A DNA stretch of 64,000 nucleotides from Auanema rhodensis. Taxonomy: Eukaryota > Animalia > Nematoda. Positions 12,598 through 39,518 of this stretch are shown piece by piece. Position numbers and translations under genes: made by a program. A model generated the notes under the pieces. That model was not told the origin of the DNA, did not search any database, and saw only the letters and a list, made by a program, of their open reading frames with translations. Location: contig OZ059898.1 in NCBI GenBank assembly GCA_964057225.1, positions 11,594,001 through 11,658,000 of the forward strand, given 5' to 3'. The stretch's first letter is position 1; each line of letters opens with the position of its first letter.

Positions 12598-13761
12598 ATG
12601 AAAGAGTAAGTTGAATATTTAAATTTTAAATATTTCCAACTTTAGATATCAGCTTGGATGTTTAGTTGCAATAGAAACAACATTTGCACTTGTTATAAAT
12701 AGTATATTATTATATATTTTACAAAAGAATTGGTCAGAAATAATTAAAACCTTTAATGTTCGTCTTAGCTTAAGTTTATGCTTATCAGCTTTACTATATA
12801 CTCTACCAAACTTCGTTGTTCTTATTCCATGCCATTTTCAAGTTTGCATATTCAATGAGACTATTACTACAATAATTTCGGCATTCAACACAGTTACATA
12901 CTTTTCTTATCAGTTATGTTTACTATTAGTGGCTTGTGAACGATTTTGTGTTTTTTATACAATCACCTACTATCAAATGTTGATCAAATATTCGGTTATT
13001 TGATTTTTTTTTCTCAAATTTTATAAATATTATATGAATTTACATTTATAGAACTATCTTATCCTATTTATTTGGTTATTGGTTACAGCTTTTACTGTGA
13101 TTTCAAGTTTAGATGGATGTTATAAACGATATGATCCAGGTCATTATGGCTTCAGCTTATCATGTGAACAATCTCCATGGTTCACAGCTCATGTATTCAT
13201 AGGTTGTTACAACCAAAGAATTCATTATTACAATTGATTTTAGGACAAATTGTATGTGGTAGTATGGTACTTATCTATAGTAGTATCATATTTCGAATTA
13301 AATCATTAAACTCATTATCAACGACTGGACCAGACAGGCTTCATTCATGTCTGGTACATATTGAAATATCGGTTAAAAACATCAAATCAAATGTGTTACA
13401 GGCATTACAGTTTGGTATAATCTCCATATTTGCATGGTTATCTGGTATATTATTCTTATATTTACCAAATATGAAATTCTTGTAAGTTTTAGCTAATCAA
13501 ATCGATTAATTATATAATATATTTTGCAGAAATCCAATAATTATGAGTTCAATATTCAATACAGTTGATATAATTAATATTAATACAATGACGATTATAT
13601 TATTATGTTGTAATCGAACGGTATCTCATTTTAAAAGAATATTTCATATTAGTGATTATAATTTATATTAGGTTACCACAGCAATTTATAAAAATAATAA
13701 TACATGTAACAATATACTTGTATATACAGTTCGTACATCTGAATTTCAATCAAAATATTGA
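12598..13761 (+). CDS. Nematode 7TM chemoreceptor, Srx/Srxa-like
   Basis: MKEYQLGCLVAIETTFALVINSILLY...AFNTVTYFSYQLCLLLVACERFCVF...GCYKRYDP...ALQFGIIS...LCCNRT. Several hydrophobic helices and an ERF motif after TM3. Confidence 0.75.
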
Positions 13762-14214
13762 GTATATATATTATATATATATAAATATATAATTTGTTTA
13801 AAAAAATATATTTTTTTATATAAAATTATTATAATTATTGAAAAACAAATATTAATGTTCAACGATTAATAAATAAAATTTCTTCATTTTTTTACAGAAC
13901 TAAAATAAACATGAGAAACTTGGTACAATTATATAAAACTTAAGTTAGTTAAACTTGATTAATTTACTTTTATTATAATAGTAGTCTACGTATATATATA
14001 TGTATATAAATATATAAGAATAATTAAAGAAAAATCTTTTTTTTTAATTCTTAATTAATAAAATAACTTGTGTCATCATATCAAGTTTGTTATTTGAAAA
14101 TAAAACTTTAACTATGAGGGAAATAAGATTGAAATATTTAATATTTCAGACAATAAACATAGTTATTCATGAGTTAAAACTTTAATTTCATGAATAAAGA
14201 CTGAATTAGAAGTA

Positions 14215-15861
14215 TCAATATGTCAAAAAATTCTTAACAGCTTCGTCATCTTTAGTGTCTGGAGCACTGAATACATCAATAATATTCGCTAAAGTCTAAA
14301 AGATATAACTTGTTTTATTGTGAGAAAATATCATAAAACCTGATAGTTTGGATCAAGAGTATCGATAACTCTATGTTGGCCAGGTCTTTGTGGAATAGCA
14401 CTTCCACTATGTTTATTTTCCTCTGATGAACTTTTCGTTTTATCAATTTTCTAATAAGAAATTCAAAATTAAAAGCTAAATTGAATGTCACAACTGACTT
14501 TGCAGTTCACAGCAGCTAGATTTCTTTTGAAAATTTCGCTACTCAATCCGGCTAATGTCTAAGATATAACATCAAGTGTTAAAATCAATTTCTATATCTA
14601 AGTACAAACTTGATAATTGGGATCATCTGCTTGTTTTTGATGTCTGTGTTCGTCAGGCTTGAAAATGTTGAAGAGCAAGTTATAGTTAGAGAATCAGTTA
14701 CCTTTTTAAATTTAGCTTTGGCATTTTGCTGAAAATAAAGCAAACAGATAGGATTGTTTGGCTTTCAAACTCTTACCTGGACAGGCTGTTGTTTATCTTT
14801 GGTTAACCCTTTCTTAAAAAAACAACGGAACATAGAGGATAAAAAAATGACCTTATTTACCTGATTTTTTAAGAAAATATCACTATTTAGATTGGCTAGT
14901 GTCTGAACAGATGATTCTAACAAAAAAAGTAAAAAATCTATGTGTTTACTCCATAATTCGGATCATTATGCTTTACCATTCGTTTTACATTTGGCACAGC
15001 AATTTTAGCAGTCGGAAATGTAAAAGGTATTGATAAGCGAAAAATTAAGTTCCATTGAATAATGCATATAAGAATGAAAAAATATATGAAAAGAGAAGAA
15101 TTACTGAAATTACATACTTTTAGTTTTCCTCCTATTGACAAATTTTTTTTATTTCCCGCAGATTTTTTATCATTCTGTTAATAAAATTACTTTTTTTTGC
15201 TTTAAAATTATTCAAAAGAACCTTCTCTCCAAAAACCTCATTATAGATGAAGGCTAATGTCTGAAATACAACATACAAAGCATATTGAATAACTTTAATA
15301 TTCTAAAACTTGATAATTTGGATCGTTATACGATACTGTATTTTGTACTGACGGGACCGTTATTTTTCCTTTTTTCTTATTTGATCGACCACAACTTTTT
15401 TTCTATATAATTCTATTTTATAGTAAATCAGATAAAAGGTTAAATTTCAACAAAAAAAAAACATGAATTTCCCTGCCTTCGTTTTTTTGTTTTCTCTGCT
15501 GTGCCTATCCTCATCGCTTGAAAACTCGAAGTCACTTTCACTCTTCAACACGATATCTCAATTAAAAAGCAAAGAAATGAATACTATTACCTGATCACAT
15601 TCCGAGCTTCTAGACTTATGACGTCGCTATTTTAAATATTTAATTTATTTGTTTTAATTAGTTTTATACGGCAAAAAAAGTTTATGAACATACCCGCTTA
15701 CGCCTGACACAGAATATTGAACAGATTTGAGCTGCAGCTGAGATTACCAGAATTTGCGCCACACAGAAAGCCTAACATATCACTTTTTTGTAATTTTATG
15801 ATTTATTGATCAAATAATTAATTTTATGTTTTCAACCTACAATCCAACTCAAACCTGACAT
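14215..15861 (-). CDS. Nematode-type Lys-rich protein with an N-terminal hydrophobic segment and four DPNY(Q/G)TLA repeats
   Basis: MSGLSWIAFCVAQILVISAAAQICSIFCVRRKR..., with repeats YNDPNYQ|TLAF, HNDPNYG|TLAN, DDPNYQ|TLAG and LDPNYQ|TLAN, ending ...DDEAVKNFLTY*. Many short GT-AG introns; internal exons only partly traced. Confidence 0.65.
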
Positions 15862-16549
15862 GTGCCACATCAAATTCACATGAAAATGATTTTTCTTACG
15901 TGGACAATACGTCAAATTTCAGCACGTAATACTACATAATATTAAATAATGCTTATCGTTATTTATAATGAAACTTATTCTGAGTTAACTATATTTAGTT
16001 TCAATTCCGTTTCTTATAATTATAGTTAAACAAGACATATTAGTCGAAAGATGTGTACACAATGTAGAATTAGGGTAAAACTGATACTTTTGCGATTTTG
16101 CAATGAGCAAAATAACATCTTCCCCTCTTAGCATTAACTATTCACTTTTGCAATTTATTTTAATCATTTCGTATAAGGTATTGGTCATTTTCTTCGGTTG
16201 ATAAAAGTTCAAACATTTACCAAGAAAAATGCAGAAATTTGATAGGAAATGAGCCAATATTCTTTCACGCGAGTAAAAATTTCTACGTGATATTGGAAAA
16301 AATTAACGTGAGAAATGAATAAGCTTTTAACCTCTTTGGGCTACTCCTTCATGCATGCCCGATATTTGTCCATGGACATGGCAGCCAGAAAAAATTCAAT
16401 AATGTGGGTAACGGTATATTACGGGAAGAATTTTTGACTGAACGGCGCTTGCAATTTTACTAGTTTTTCCAAATATATTTAAAGCATTTAATTAACCAAA
16501 AGTATTCCAAGCTAAAGTGATATAGAATAGATGATATTAAGCTAATCCT

Positions 16550-19500
16550 ATGGAATATTTTCATAAATTTCGGTCTACTGTCACTCAAGTTGCTACCCAG
16601 GTACTTTTATTTTTTCTTATTTAGTTTATTAAGTCATCTAAAGGTCAGCAATGCATTACCCGGGAATCCGTTATCAAGAGAATATGATATTGGAGAGTTA
16701 ACGGCTACTGCTGGTCAGGGCTTAAACTGGAAGATATTCAAAGCAACTAAGAAATCAACCAAACAGGTGCGTGAACATACTTCTACGATAATGTACTAAA
16801 ACATTTAATTTAGCCGGTTTCTGTATGGTTATATGATAAGAAAGATTGTGAAAAATGGCCCAAAGATGATCGCGAGCTTTTCCTATCCACTCTGAAAAGA
16901 GGGGTTTCTCAACTCACACGCCTTCGCCATCCAAGACTTTTAGTTATTGAACACCCTATTGAGGAATCCAGGTTTTTGATTAAGTTTATTTTGTATCTGA
17001 ATTAGCGACCTTGAAGGGACTCTTTGGCATTTGCTACGGAACCGATCTTTGCTAGTCTTGCTAATTGTCTAGGTTGGTTTGTGCTATATTTGCTTTTCTA
17101 ACTTGAATTTGCAGGTCGGACTGATAACTTGCCTCAACCTCTTCCGGCTCATCTGCGTCAGTTCAAATTATTGGAAATTGAAATAAAGCATGGATTAGTG
17201 CAGGTATAAGATTTTTTAAAAATGCATGTTATACTCTTTTTATAGCTTGGCGAAGCCTTAGCTTTCCTACACATTGACGCCCGCATTTTACACCGTAATA
17301 TTTGTCCTGAGTCCATAATAGTCAATGATAAGGTTCTCCATTTTAGTTGTTTAGATTGAAATGAATACAGTATTTTAGGGAGCTTGGAAACTTGGTGGTT
17401 TTGATTTCAGTGCTTCTGGTACAAACAGTCCGACAGGCGCGGTGAGTTCTACTGATTAAAAAGGTTACTCTTAAATTTCTTAGGCAACATATGAATCTCT
17501 GGAATGGAACGAAAGAATACCTTCATTATGCCAACCAAATTTGGATTATTTTGCTCCGGAATATATTGTAAGTTATTTTCTATTTCATTTTTAACTTTTG
17601 TTTTTAGATGGGAGGACTTATAAGTCCAAATGCTGATATTTTTTCTCTTGGAGCTGTATCTTATGCTGTTTTTAACAAGTGTAAACCTCCAATGGAACAT
17701 CATAATTCTATACCTAAATATAAGCAGAACGTGGAAAAAGTTTGAGATTATTATAGTTTTCTGTTATATGGATTCGTTCTAGATTAAAAGTTTCCCGCAA
17801 CAATTTTCTGAGAATATATCTCCAGTTTTTAAAGATGATTTCAAAATGTGTCTCAACTATTCACCAGATCTTCGCCCTGATGCCACACAATTTACTAAAG
17901 TTATAACTTATATCATTTCATTGTATAATTTTTATTTTTTAGGTAGCATATTTTGATGACCCTCTTGTAAAGGCTCTAAACTATTTTGAATCGTTGATGC
18001 AAATGGACAATAACCAAAAAATGCAATTTTTCAAATCACTTCCAACTGTTTTATCTCAATTTGAAAAAGTTAGTCGAATTTTAGTTTAGTTTGGTATTTC
18101 CAATTTCTTCAGCGACCATTGCTTCAAAAAGTGATGCCGTGGTTAGCGGGAGAATGTTCAACACCCGATTTAATTCCATTTATACTTCCTTCTATATTCC
18201 ATATTACCGAACAAGCTTCGAAAGAGTATGTACCTATTTCCATATGTTTGAAACGTTTGCTTTTAAAGAGAATTTACTACTGCTGTTCTGCCAATGTTGA
18301 TTCCTGTATTCTCAATGAAAAGACCATATCAGGCATGTTTGCAAACTTATTTTTCTTTTTATTCTTTACAATTTGAAGATTGCCTTATTATTGCTACAAA
18401 GAATGGAACTCCTACTCGAAAAAGCTAACGATAGTGATATTAAAGCATTTATTTTGCCATTGATCTACGACTCAATTTCTAGTGAAACAACTCGGATACA
18501 GGTAAGTTGTTAATGAGATAATTTCATTTCTATATTTAATTTTTAGGAGCTCTGCCTTTCTATCGTTCCAACAATTGGAAAATTAGTAGATGGCAACTCC
18601 ATGAAAACACGGTTGTTACCGAAGTTGTTGCAATTAGCAACTGATGGGGGAGTACTATCTGTAAGTTTGTTTTGAAATAGTTTATTTACGATTCAAAATC
18701 ATTATCTAACAATTCATCAACCACATAATCGTGGTTAGTAACAACAAAGTAATCATCCGGTTTGTAATGCTCAGGGATGTTGATCATAGCTAGTGGGTCG
18801 AACTCTGAATAAGAGTTGTTCGATTCAAGTTTCGGTTTCTTTTTGTGAATCCAACCTGTTTTTCTTCTGGAAATCAACTCTTCTTCCTCTTCCCGAGTAA
18901 AATAGGTTTTAATGTTACATAAACGAGGATTGGTTGCTCTTTCAAAGTTATATCTGGAATACTCAAACTAGTTATGAATGCAGGTTTACCATACTTCACT
19001 CTGGAAATATATGTTCCCGCTGAGCAATAGCCGCAAGATTGTCTACATTCACGGAATGCAAAAGGATACACAGTGCAATCCATGTGGCTGTATTTCGAAG
19101 TTTCCCAGAATCCCTTCCTGAATAGTGTTGTTGACCGTGCCATTGAAAAGAAATTTACCTTTGTGTCAACTTTGAGCAAAAATCTGCGCCTCGTCTATCC
19201 CAGCATGGAGAATTCAGTGGACTTAAAAGTTGTTCGGTCGTAACTTTTTTATATAACTCGGAACTGTTGCTGTTTCGTCGATCGAAGCTTCGAATAAATA
19301 GCATTTAACAAGAAAACACTGAAAGAATTTACCATGTGGAGCAACACTGAATCATAGCAAAATCAGCATCTTTACTACATCTTTGGTGAAATCGTACAAA
19401 ATCAGAATTTCGTATTCTTTGACATGCGGATGAGGTAATTCGATCTAGACAACACGGAGTTCTATCAATGAGATGGATATAAGTTGCAAGACAAGCTGAA

Positions 19501-22500
19501 ACCATCCTTTATATTAATGGAAAGATGGATTAATTACCTTTGAATAATATGAAAATATAAGCTAATGAAAGAAACATGACACCAGGGATAGAGGTCTGAA
19601 TTGAAATCTTTGTGAACTCCTTGTGAGGGTACAATAGTTTAATCGTGGTTAGGCCCCGAGTAAATAGTCAATGTGAACGCGTGAATGTTGTAGAGCCCGA
19701 TATACACATATTGCATAACGTAATGTTTGTCAAAATCGAATCTCTTTGATGATTTTTTTGAACGATTATCACGATAAGAGCTTTACAAGTACGGCTAACT
19801 GGTGCACTTTTTTCGCGGTAGATGAGTAAGTGGGAAAACGTTAAGACAAATCGTTTATTATATTCTTATTTTTAAATAAAATAAATAATTTTTAACATTT
19901 TGAGATACTTCGTTGAGATGTTTTGAGGCTGGCTCAAAATAAATTAATACAGTCTGCTGCACGCTTTTGGGTTCTTGGCCGTCTTAGAATCATAATTGAC
20001 AGTTGCTACTTTACCCCTGGAACACAAATTACGGAATAACATGTTCAAAGGATTCACTGCTTACCCTGTACAATATCCACAAGTTTTCTTGCACACTCTG
20101 AAGGCAAATGCTGAATGCTGACAAGAAACTGGACTTCGGGACCATGGACCTGTACGAGTTACAAAAGCTTCACAGAAGGATGTTCCATGTCTGTCAAAAC
20201 AGATATTAGGATTGAATTTCAACAGAAGATTTTCGGCGTCATCTCTGTAGATGTCTTTGGGTACAGGAGCTCCTATGAAAAACAGTGAATATATAAAATA
20301 CAGAAGAATATATATTAAATACCTAAAGAAGTGAAATATTCAGGATTGAAATGACAAGAATGACAACATTGCATAAAACTAAAATCAGCATTAGTACGGC
20401 ATTGCTTGGAAAATCTATCGTGATCTCTATTATACAGAGCTTTACAGACACCTGGGCGAAGAGTGTCTATACAACAAGGAGTTTCGGTCGCCTTATAAGC
20501 GGTCATTTGCAAATCAATAGCTTGTACATCTGAAAATTCGATAACGAAGAGGACTAATGAAAAGAAAATCACTGAACTAACCATGAACAGCTAAAAGCAA
20601 AATTGGGAGAACCGAAAAGAGCATTGTGCGTACTGAAGGGCAGCTGTGCCAGCAAGCTTGACTTTTATAGGCGGAAGGAATCGTTCAGGTTTTAAATCCG
20701 GTTTCCGTTTGCATCCACCTCCGTTGTGCCAGGTCAGAGCATTTGTTTGGTCTTCTGCGGTCATTCTTATGAATTATGACAACCCAGCGTGCAAACAAGG
20801 CTCCAAGTCTAGCTGCCGGTTTTGTGCTTTTTCTCTTTTGAAAACGGATTAAAGATGGTTCATGTTGTCTACATGAGGAAAAGTGTTGTTATTTTGCAAA
20901 CTGGTCGGGAAAAAAATTTTTGTCACTCTTTCATGTCATCCTTATTTGTCCAATCATGATGGGAGGGACACCATGTTTTTCCTCGCCGCGGAAACTTGAG
21001 ACAATATTTTTCTCGTAGAAGGGACATAGTTTTTCCAGTAATTTCTCATTTTCAGATAAGAGTTCAAGCACTTGTATGTGTTGGAAAGCTTTTACCAACA
21101 CTGGAATCTTGGATGGTTACAGAGCAGGTTCTTCCAGCGTTACCGAAAATTTCGAGCAAAGAACCTGGCCTTCTCATGGCCATTTTAGGTATTAATAAGC
21201 ATTTTACTAACTTGAATGAATTGAGGCAAATTGTAGGTATTTACAAGTTATCGGTTGAAAGTAAAGATATTGCGGTCAGTCGGGAGCAACTAGCTAAAAG
21301 TGCTTTACCTTTTCTTATGGCCACATCAGTGGAAAATACTTTGAATTTGAATCAATTCGAACAATATATCTCATTGATTAAAAGCGTTTTACTAAAGGTA
21401 CTCTTAATCTTCATGTTTCTTTCATATCATGTTATTTAGGTGGAAAATGAACAACGCAGTAGACTACAACAATTAAGTGCTGGCCAGGAAGAACAAAGGT
21501 TGTCTAATTATATTCATTTTCTTCTTTTCTTCTTTTCTTCATTCATATTTGTTTTGATTATAGGGGTATTCCAAACTTTGATGAAGTTTTGAAGCCAAGC
21601 TCTTCGAATAATTTGCCGCAAAGCATGGGTGACCTGAACGCGCTCAGTCTTGATAGCACTGTTAAAAAAGAAACAACATCAAAAGCCGTAATATTTCTTG
21701 ATTTTGATTTCGAAACAATAAATTATGTCAGAGTGCACTATCTCTTGAGGAAAAGAAACGATTAGCAGCTGAGCAGGAAATGAGCAATACGAAAAGCACT
21801 CCGCAGGTTTATTTGTCTTTTTTGACCGGTCTCATTTAAATTTTCTAGTCTCTTGCCAGTCAAATGAAAGGAAGCGGACCTCCTAAGCCAACAGGTAACA
21901 ATGAATTAGAGGAAAAAAATTATTATGATATATATATAGCAGCAACAAATATGATGTTTGATCCATTTGATATGTCGTTATCAATGACATCAACTACTCC
22001 AGCCAAAAGTGGCATTGACATATCCGAATTTATGCCCAGTTTGAATCAAAATGGTTTATATGCTAGCGACATTTATCGATATTCATTCTTCCTGTTCAGC
22101 ATCCAGTACTACCACAAACACTCAGAACAGTTTTACCAATTTTGGTTTGAACAGTTCATCGTCTTCATTCCCACAGCAATTAAACAATTTCAATGTAAAT
22201 CAGTCAAATACCTTAGGATTCCCGCAGGCACCAAGGTTAGCATTGAATTAAATCACGTGTGTCTCTGTATCTTTATCACAAAAGATGAAAATAGCACATT
22301 GTAGTTTACGAATACAGCATGATTATTCTATTAAACAACGTTTTCGAAAATAAGTCTGTTTTCAGGTCAACCAATGCGCCTGTACAACGTCCGAGCTCAC
22401 AAGGAAATTCACTTGATGCCCTTCTGGCTTTCCCTAGTAAATCAAACCAGCAATCTATAGGCTCATTGAACGGGTTTGCCATTCCACCACCCCCTACTGG

Positions 22501-22576
22501 CACCATTCAAAGAGGACCAGCTCAGAAGGCACCAGATAATAAGGCGAAAGATCCGTTTTTTGATCTTCTGGGATAA
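16550..22576 (+). CDS. SCYL2: SCY1-like pseudokinase 2 (SCYL2/CVAK104) ortholog
   Basis: LPGNPLSREY...WKIFKATKKSTKQ...LTRLRHPRLL...LAFATEPIFASL...HRNICPESI...WKLGGFDF...PNLDY, then a HEAT region and a low-complexity tail ending DPFFDLLG*. Confidence 0.92.
18686..19577 (-). CDS. Secreted Cys-rich ShK-like domain protein B, nested antisense in a SCYL2 intron
   Basis: Signal peptide MFLSLAYIFILFK, then TPCCLDRITSSACQR...RCSKDADFAMIQCCSTC...CWDRRGADFC...AFRECRQSCGYC. Confidence 0.8.
19944..20584 (-). CDS. Secreted Cys-rich ShK-like domain protein A, nested antisense in a SCYL2 intron
   Basis: Signal peptide MVSSVIFFSLVLF..., then TPCCIDTLRPGVCK...QCRTNADFSFMQCCHSC...CFDRHGTSFC...AFRVCKKTCGYC...RLY*. 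Confidence 0.85.
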
Positions 22577-23043
22577 CGCTTCAAAGTAGTTATGGTTACA
22601 TAGATCGCCAATTGAAACTTGTTTTCGTGATATGTTTTTCCGGGTGTTTTTCCACTTTTTCGGTTGTGTGTGGCACAAGCTATTCCATTCGTGTACTAAA
22701 ACATTTTTAACACTAACCTTTCTCTAGTCTATGGTATAACAGCATATAATATAATTTACTAAAAGCAATCTTCGCAACTACCTTTGACTTTGATAAATAT
22801 ATTTTCTTTTTTCTTTATTTATTTTCGTTTCTCAAAAGGTTAGAAGCCTTAGTTATCTCATATTATATACTCATTATTCTGGCGAGAAAAATTGTGACCA
22901 TTATCAGTTATTGTGGCTCTTTGATAAGATACTACTTTTTTTCTTTCTGTTTGCTTCTACTTCTCCAATAAGGCTCGTTTTTATTATAAAACAGTGGAAA
23001 AAATTATAATTTATAGTAATTTCTCATAATTTCAGATGTCTAG

Positions 23044-35889
<12,846 letters not shown>

Positions 35890-36153
35890 GCCATTAGTCA
35901 GATTGCCGGGTTCATTTGCTTTTCCCCTCTGTATCTATCATGTTCGTAGCATCTCATAAGTTTACATTATTTATTTTCATATCTTTCTATGTCGTGCTAG
36001 CGCAAATTTGTGTTTTCAAATTCATTCGGCCATTGTACATTTCCTATTCTTTTCTAGTCGCGCTAGTATATCGTAACATTTTCACTTTGCCTGTATAGTA
36101 CGGTTATAATTTTTTTTCAAATTTTATGCAGAGTACCTAGTAAAGTTTTATTT

Positions 36154-36605
36154 TTAAAAATATTTTTCAAAAGCATATAGAATTGTAAGAACTCCGGACA
36201 TAGCTACTACTAATAGAGAGAAAGACTTCGTTGTTGAATTGCAAAAATCTGTGTTGCAGCAACAAGTTTTGCGACCGCTGTTTCCAACACAGTATCTTAT
36301 CTAGATTATATAAATGAAAATTAGAATACAAAAGCTATAGAATGCTAACCTCATTGATATAGGGATCATAACCACATGTTCGACAGTCTCCGGTTAAATC
36401 ACAAGCTTGCTCAAGCTCAAATATACACTATTGTAAGCACGACAAAGAGTAAAGAAAAATAACTTACTTTGCCTGAACCTCCAAAGTAACTTTTACACCA
36501 ACCTGAAGAGCATTCAGTCAATCCATTCATAGAATTAATATTACTAAAGCATTTTATTGCTTCATTTGTAGAAATAACAGTCAATAGAAATATGATTTTA
36601 TACAT
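36154..36605 (-). CDS. Small Ly6/three-finger-like protein, probably GPI-anchored
   Basis: Signal peptide, IKCFSN...ECSSGWC...QACDLTGDC...TCCCNTDFCN and a hydrophobic C-terminal tail; three exons. Confidence 0.8.
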
Positions 36606-37504
36606 TCAGCTTAAAAGTTATAGAAATGATCCAAAACTTGTGATGTCTTGAGTAAGAGAGATTAAACATCTTTACGTATTTATATCAGAAAGAGAGGAGG
36701 GACGGAAAGAGAATAAAAGATATATCGTATACTATAATCTGACTCATCATCTTTGCAAATAGTTTTCCACTTTCCAGAGCAATCAGCTGACCTTATTCAT
36801 GCGTATGTATACTATCTCTTTCTCTTATTTTCATGTATTTTTCATCTTTCGTTGTTCTGTTTATCAAAAATGTCAAAACATTGAACTTTATGCTCCATTT
36901 AGTAAGAAAAAGCCTTTTTTTGAATGTGATTTCGTGGTTTTAGTCATATTCTGTGCAATGTCCAAATACTATTTTTATAGTGTTATAGCTAAATATATTT
37001 CTACATGTTGTAATTCAAATGGTAAAATTAATGTTTAAATCTTTATTTTCATATCGTATTGACGTGACATCACGTGAATGAAATTAAATTTAGAACTTCA
37101 TTTCTAATTAACTATCACGTTGAAGCGGTTGCTTATAGATGTATCAAAATTACATTTTCATACAATTCAAAGAATATCCTTAAAAGATTTAGAAGTTGGT
37201 TGTAATCTTAAAGCACTTGAAAAAGAGAACCAAATCAATCTATGAAATCAGAATTTTGAGCTTCTTTAGAAAATTGGAAAAATAATACAGAATAATAATA
37301 AGAACGTGTTGAAAAAATGTCATAGTTAATAGCAAAAAGAGTAAAACTTAAAATTAATTTTATTAGATAAAAACAAAACTCAAACTGGCTTCGCAATTTG
37401 GTATTTCATTGTTTATTTAAATCAAAAAATTATTAGCTACAATACTACTTAGCTACACTGGAATTTAAATGAAAATACAAAAATTAAAAGTTCTAAAAAG
37501 AGTT

Positions 37505-39518
37505 TCATCGATGTTCTTTCGTCTCACTAAGCACAAATCCACTTAATTGTATTTCATGAGGATAGGTTGAACGAACAGCTCGAAGAATTTCATTATCAAT
37601 GGATAAGTTTTGTTCGCAGATTTCTAATTTTCTTTGAAGACGATGACGATCAGAATCCAATTTCTTTCGGCTTTCTTTAGCTCTATCTGTAATTTCATTT
37701 TGAAAAATTATATATATATATCGGCAAATAGCATACCTAATTGATTTTCCAGAGATAAAAAAGTACTTTTAAGCATATTCAATTCTTGCTGCAGAGCAAA
37801 CTGAGCTTTGTCATTACAGAGTTCAATTCCCGGTCGGAGACATCGTTGTGATTGACGTGAAAGTGCAACCTGATAATGATTTCATAAAACATTCATTGAA
37901 TCCGAAAATTTTTGGTAGAACAAGTTATTTAACCTGTAAAGGGCCGCTTTTCTGACGTAAACTCATGGTGATTTCATCAATTGCTCCATCAGCAGCCTTT
38001 ATATCCTTTTCCTTTGTCAGCACCTAAATATTCTGCGCAGTGCAATAACTTCGAATCAAAAATTCAACTAACCTGGGCATGAAGATTGTTCCGCCACTCT
38101 TGCCAATTACGCACAGAATCTTTCAATAGAGCCTCAACGGCTACGGCTTCTGACCGAAGTTGTTGAGCTATATCACGAGCAATATTTGCTAGCTTCTAAT
38201 TTAAAAACTCAGACAATTGTTTCGAATTTTAATTTTACCTGTGCAATTTTACGAGAAGAAACACGAGCACGAGCGGAGTAGTTCAAATTGCTTCCAGTAC
38301 TTTCAATCCATTCATTATATTCACTCATTCGTTGCAGAGGAAGCCCATCTCTGAAGTATGATGCTCAAACTTTTTAAGATATACATCTGGGATAATATAC
38401 CAACCTGTACTCTAACCTATCGCCATCTGGAGTTCTTTCGGTCCCATGCTGTCCATCATAGCCCATAACAGCAGACTTGTTATCAAGAACAATTGCTTCC
38501 TGCTTCAACGTTAAGTCGCGTAAAAGGTTTTTTCTCGCACCTGGAGAATAATATTGCTAAATGCTGTTCATTCTCTTCATCTATAGTAACCTTGATTGTA
38601 TTCTAGTTGCCTTTCCACATGCTGACCAACATCTTTTAAACTTTTCAAAGATTCATCCATCAAATCTTTTTCTTTTTGAAGTTCCAAATCAATTCTATCA
38701 GATGAATGATCACCAACCTGACAAATAAGAACAAAAGTAAACAAAAAACAATCTCTTTGAAAACAAAACATTCGCAGTCAGCAGGATTCGAACCTACGCG
38801 GGCAGAGCCCAATTGATTTCTAGTCAATCTCCTTAACCACTCGGACATGACTGCACGCTCAAATGTGTTTTAAAATGCATCAGAATGTTAATACAGTTTC
38901 AGTATGATTTGAATTAGATTGGAAAAACTTGTTACCTGAACTTTTTTTCTTCTCATAGCCAAAGAAGTTTCGTTACATTTCATTGCTTTAATGGAAATAT
39001 CAATGCAGAGCTGTAAACGTCGATAACTCCGAACTAAGTCTTCATTTTCTTCTTTAAGATCTTGTAATTCTCTAAAGATTCTCTTATACTTTTCATAAAA
39101 TTTGATGTTATTAACCTATCTATCTCATTACTCCAATATTTTAAATCTTTAATTCGTTGAACAAGCTGTTGTGTAGTCATTCCTTGCATTCGAACAGCTC
39201 TCATGTTGGCTTCTTTAACGGATAGCCGAGCCATCCGAACAATATCATTCGGATCCTCATATACATCACGTCTCTATTTTAAAATAATAATAATAATAAT
39301 TTATAAGAAAGAATATATAAACTCACCCTGGACATGCTTGAGTTGAAACCTACGTCTTCTTACCTGGAGCTTTCGGTTTCTTCTGAATTTTCGAGCTTAA
39401 CGCTTAATTGACCATTTGAAATTTGATTCAAATGACTCAAATGTATTTCCTGACTTTGAATTTCCGTTGATTCTTGTGTCATTCCCTTATTTTCCACATA
39501 GTTACCATTTAAATTCAT
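37505..39518 (-). CDS. Tektin
   Basis: Coiled-coil exons (QRIKDLKYWSNEIDR; DHSSDRIDLELQKE), the tektin signature RPGIELCND, and an end reading ...LRAVRSTYPHEIQLSGF. Confidence 0.88.
38773..38854 (-). tRNA. tRNA-Ser(AGA), inside a tektin intron
   Basis: GCAGTCATGTCCGAGTGGTTAAGGAGATTGACT-AGA-AATCAATTGGGCTCTGCCCGCGTAGGTTCGAATCCTGCTGACTGCG: 82-nt cloverleaf with long variable arm, A/B boxes and a downstream T-run terminator. Confidence 0.97.
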
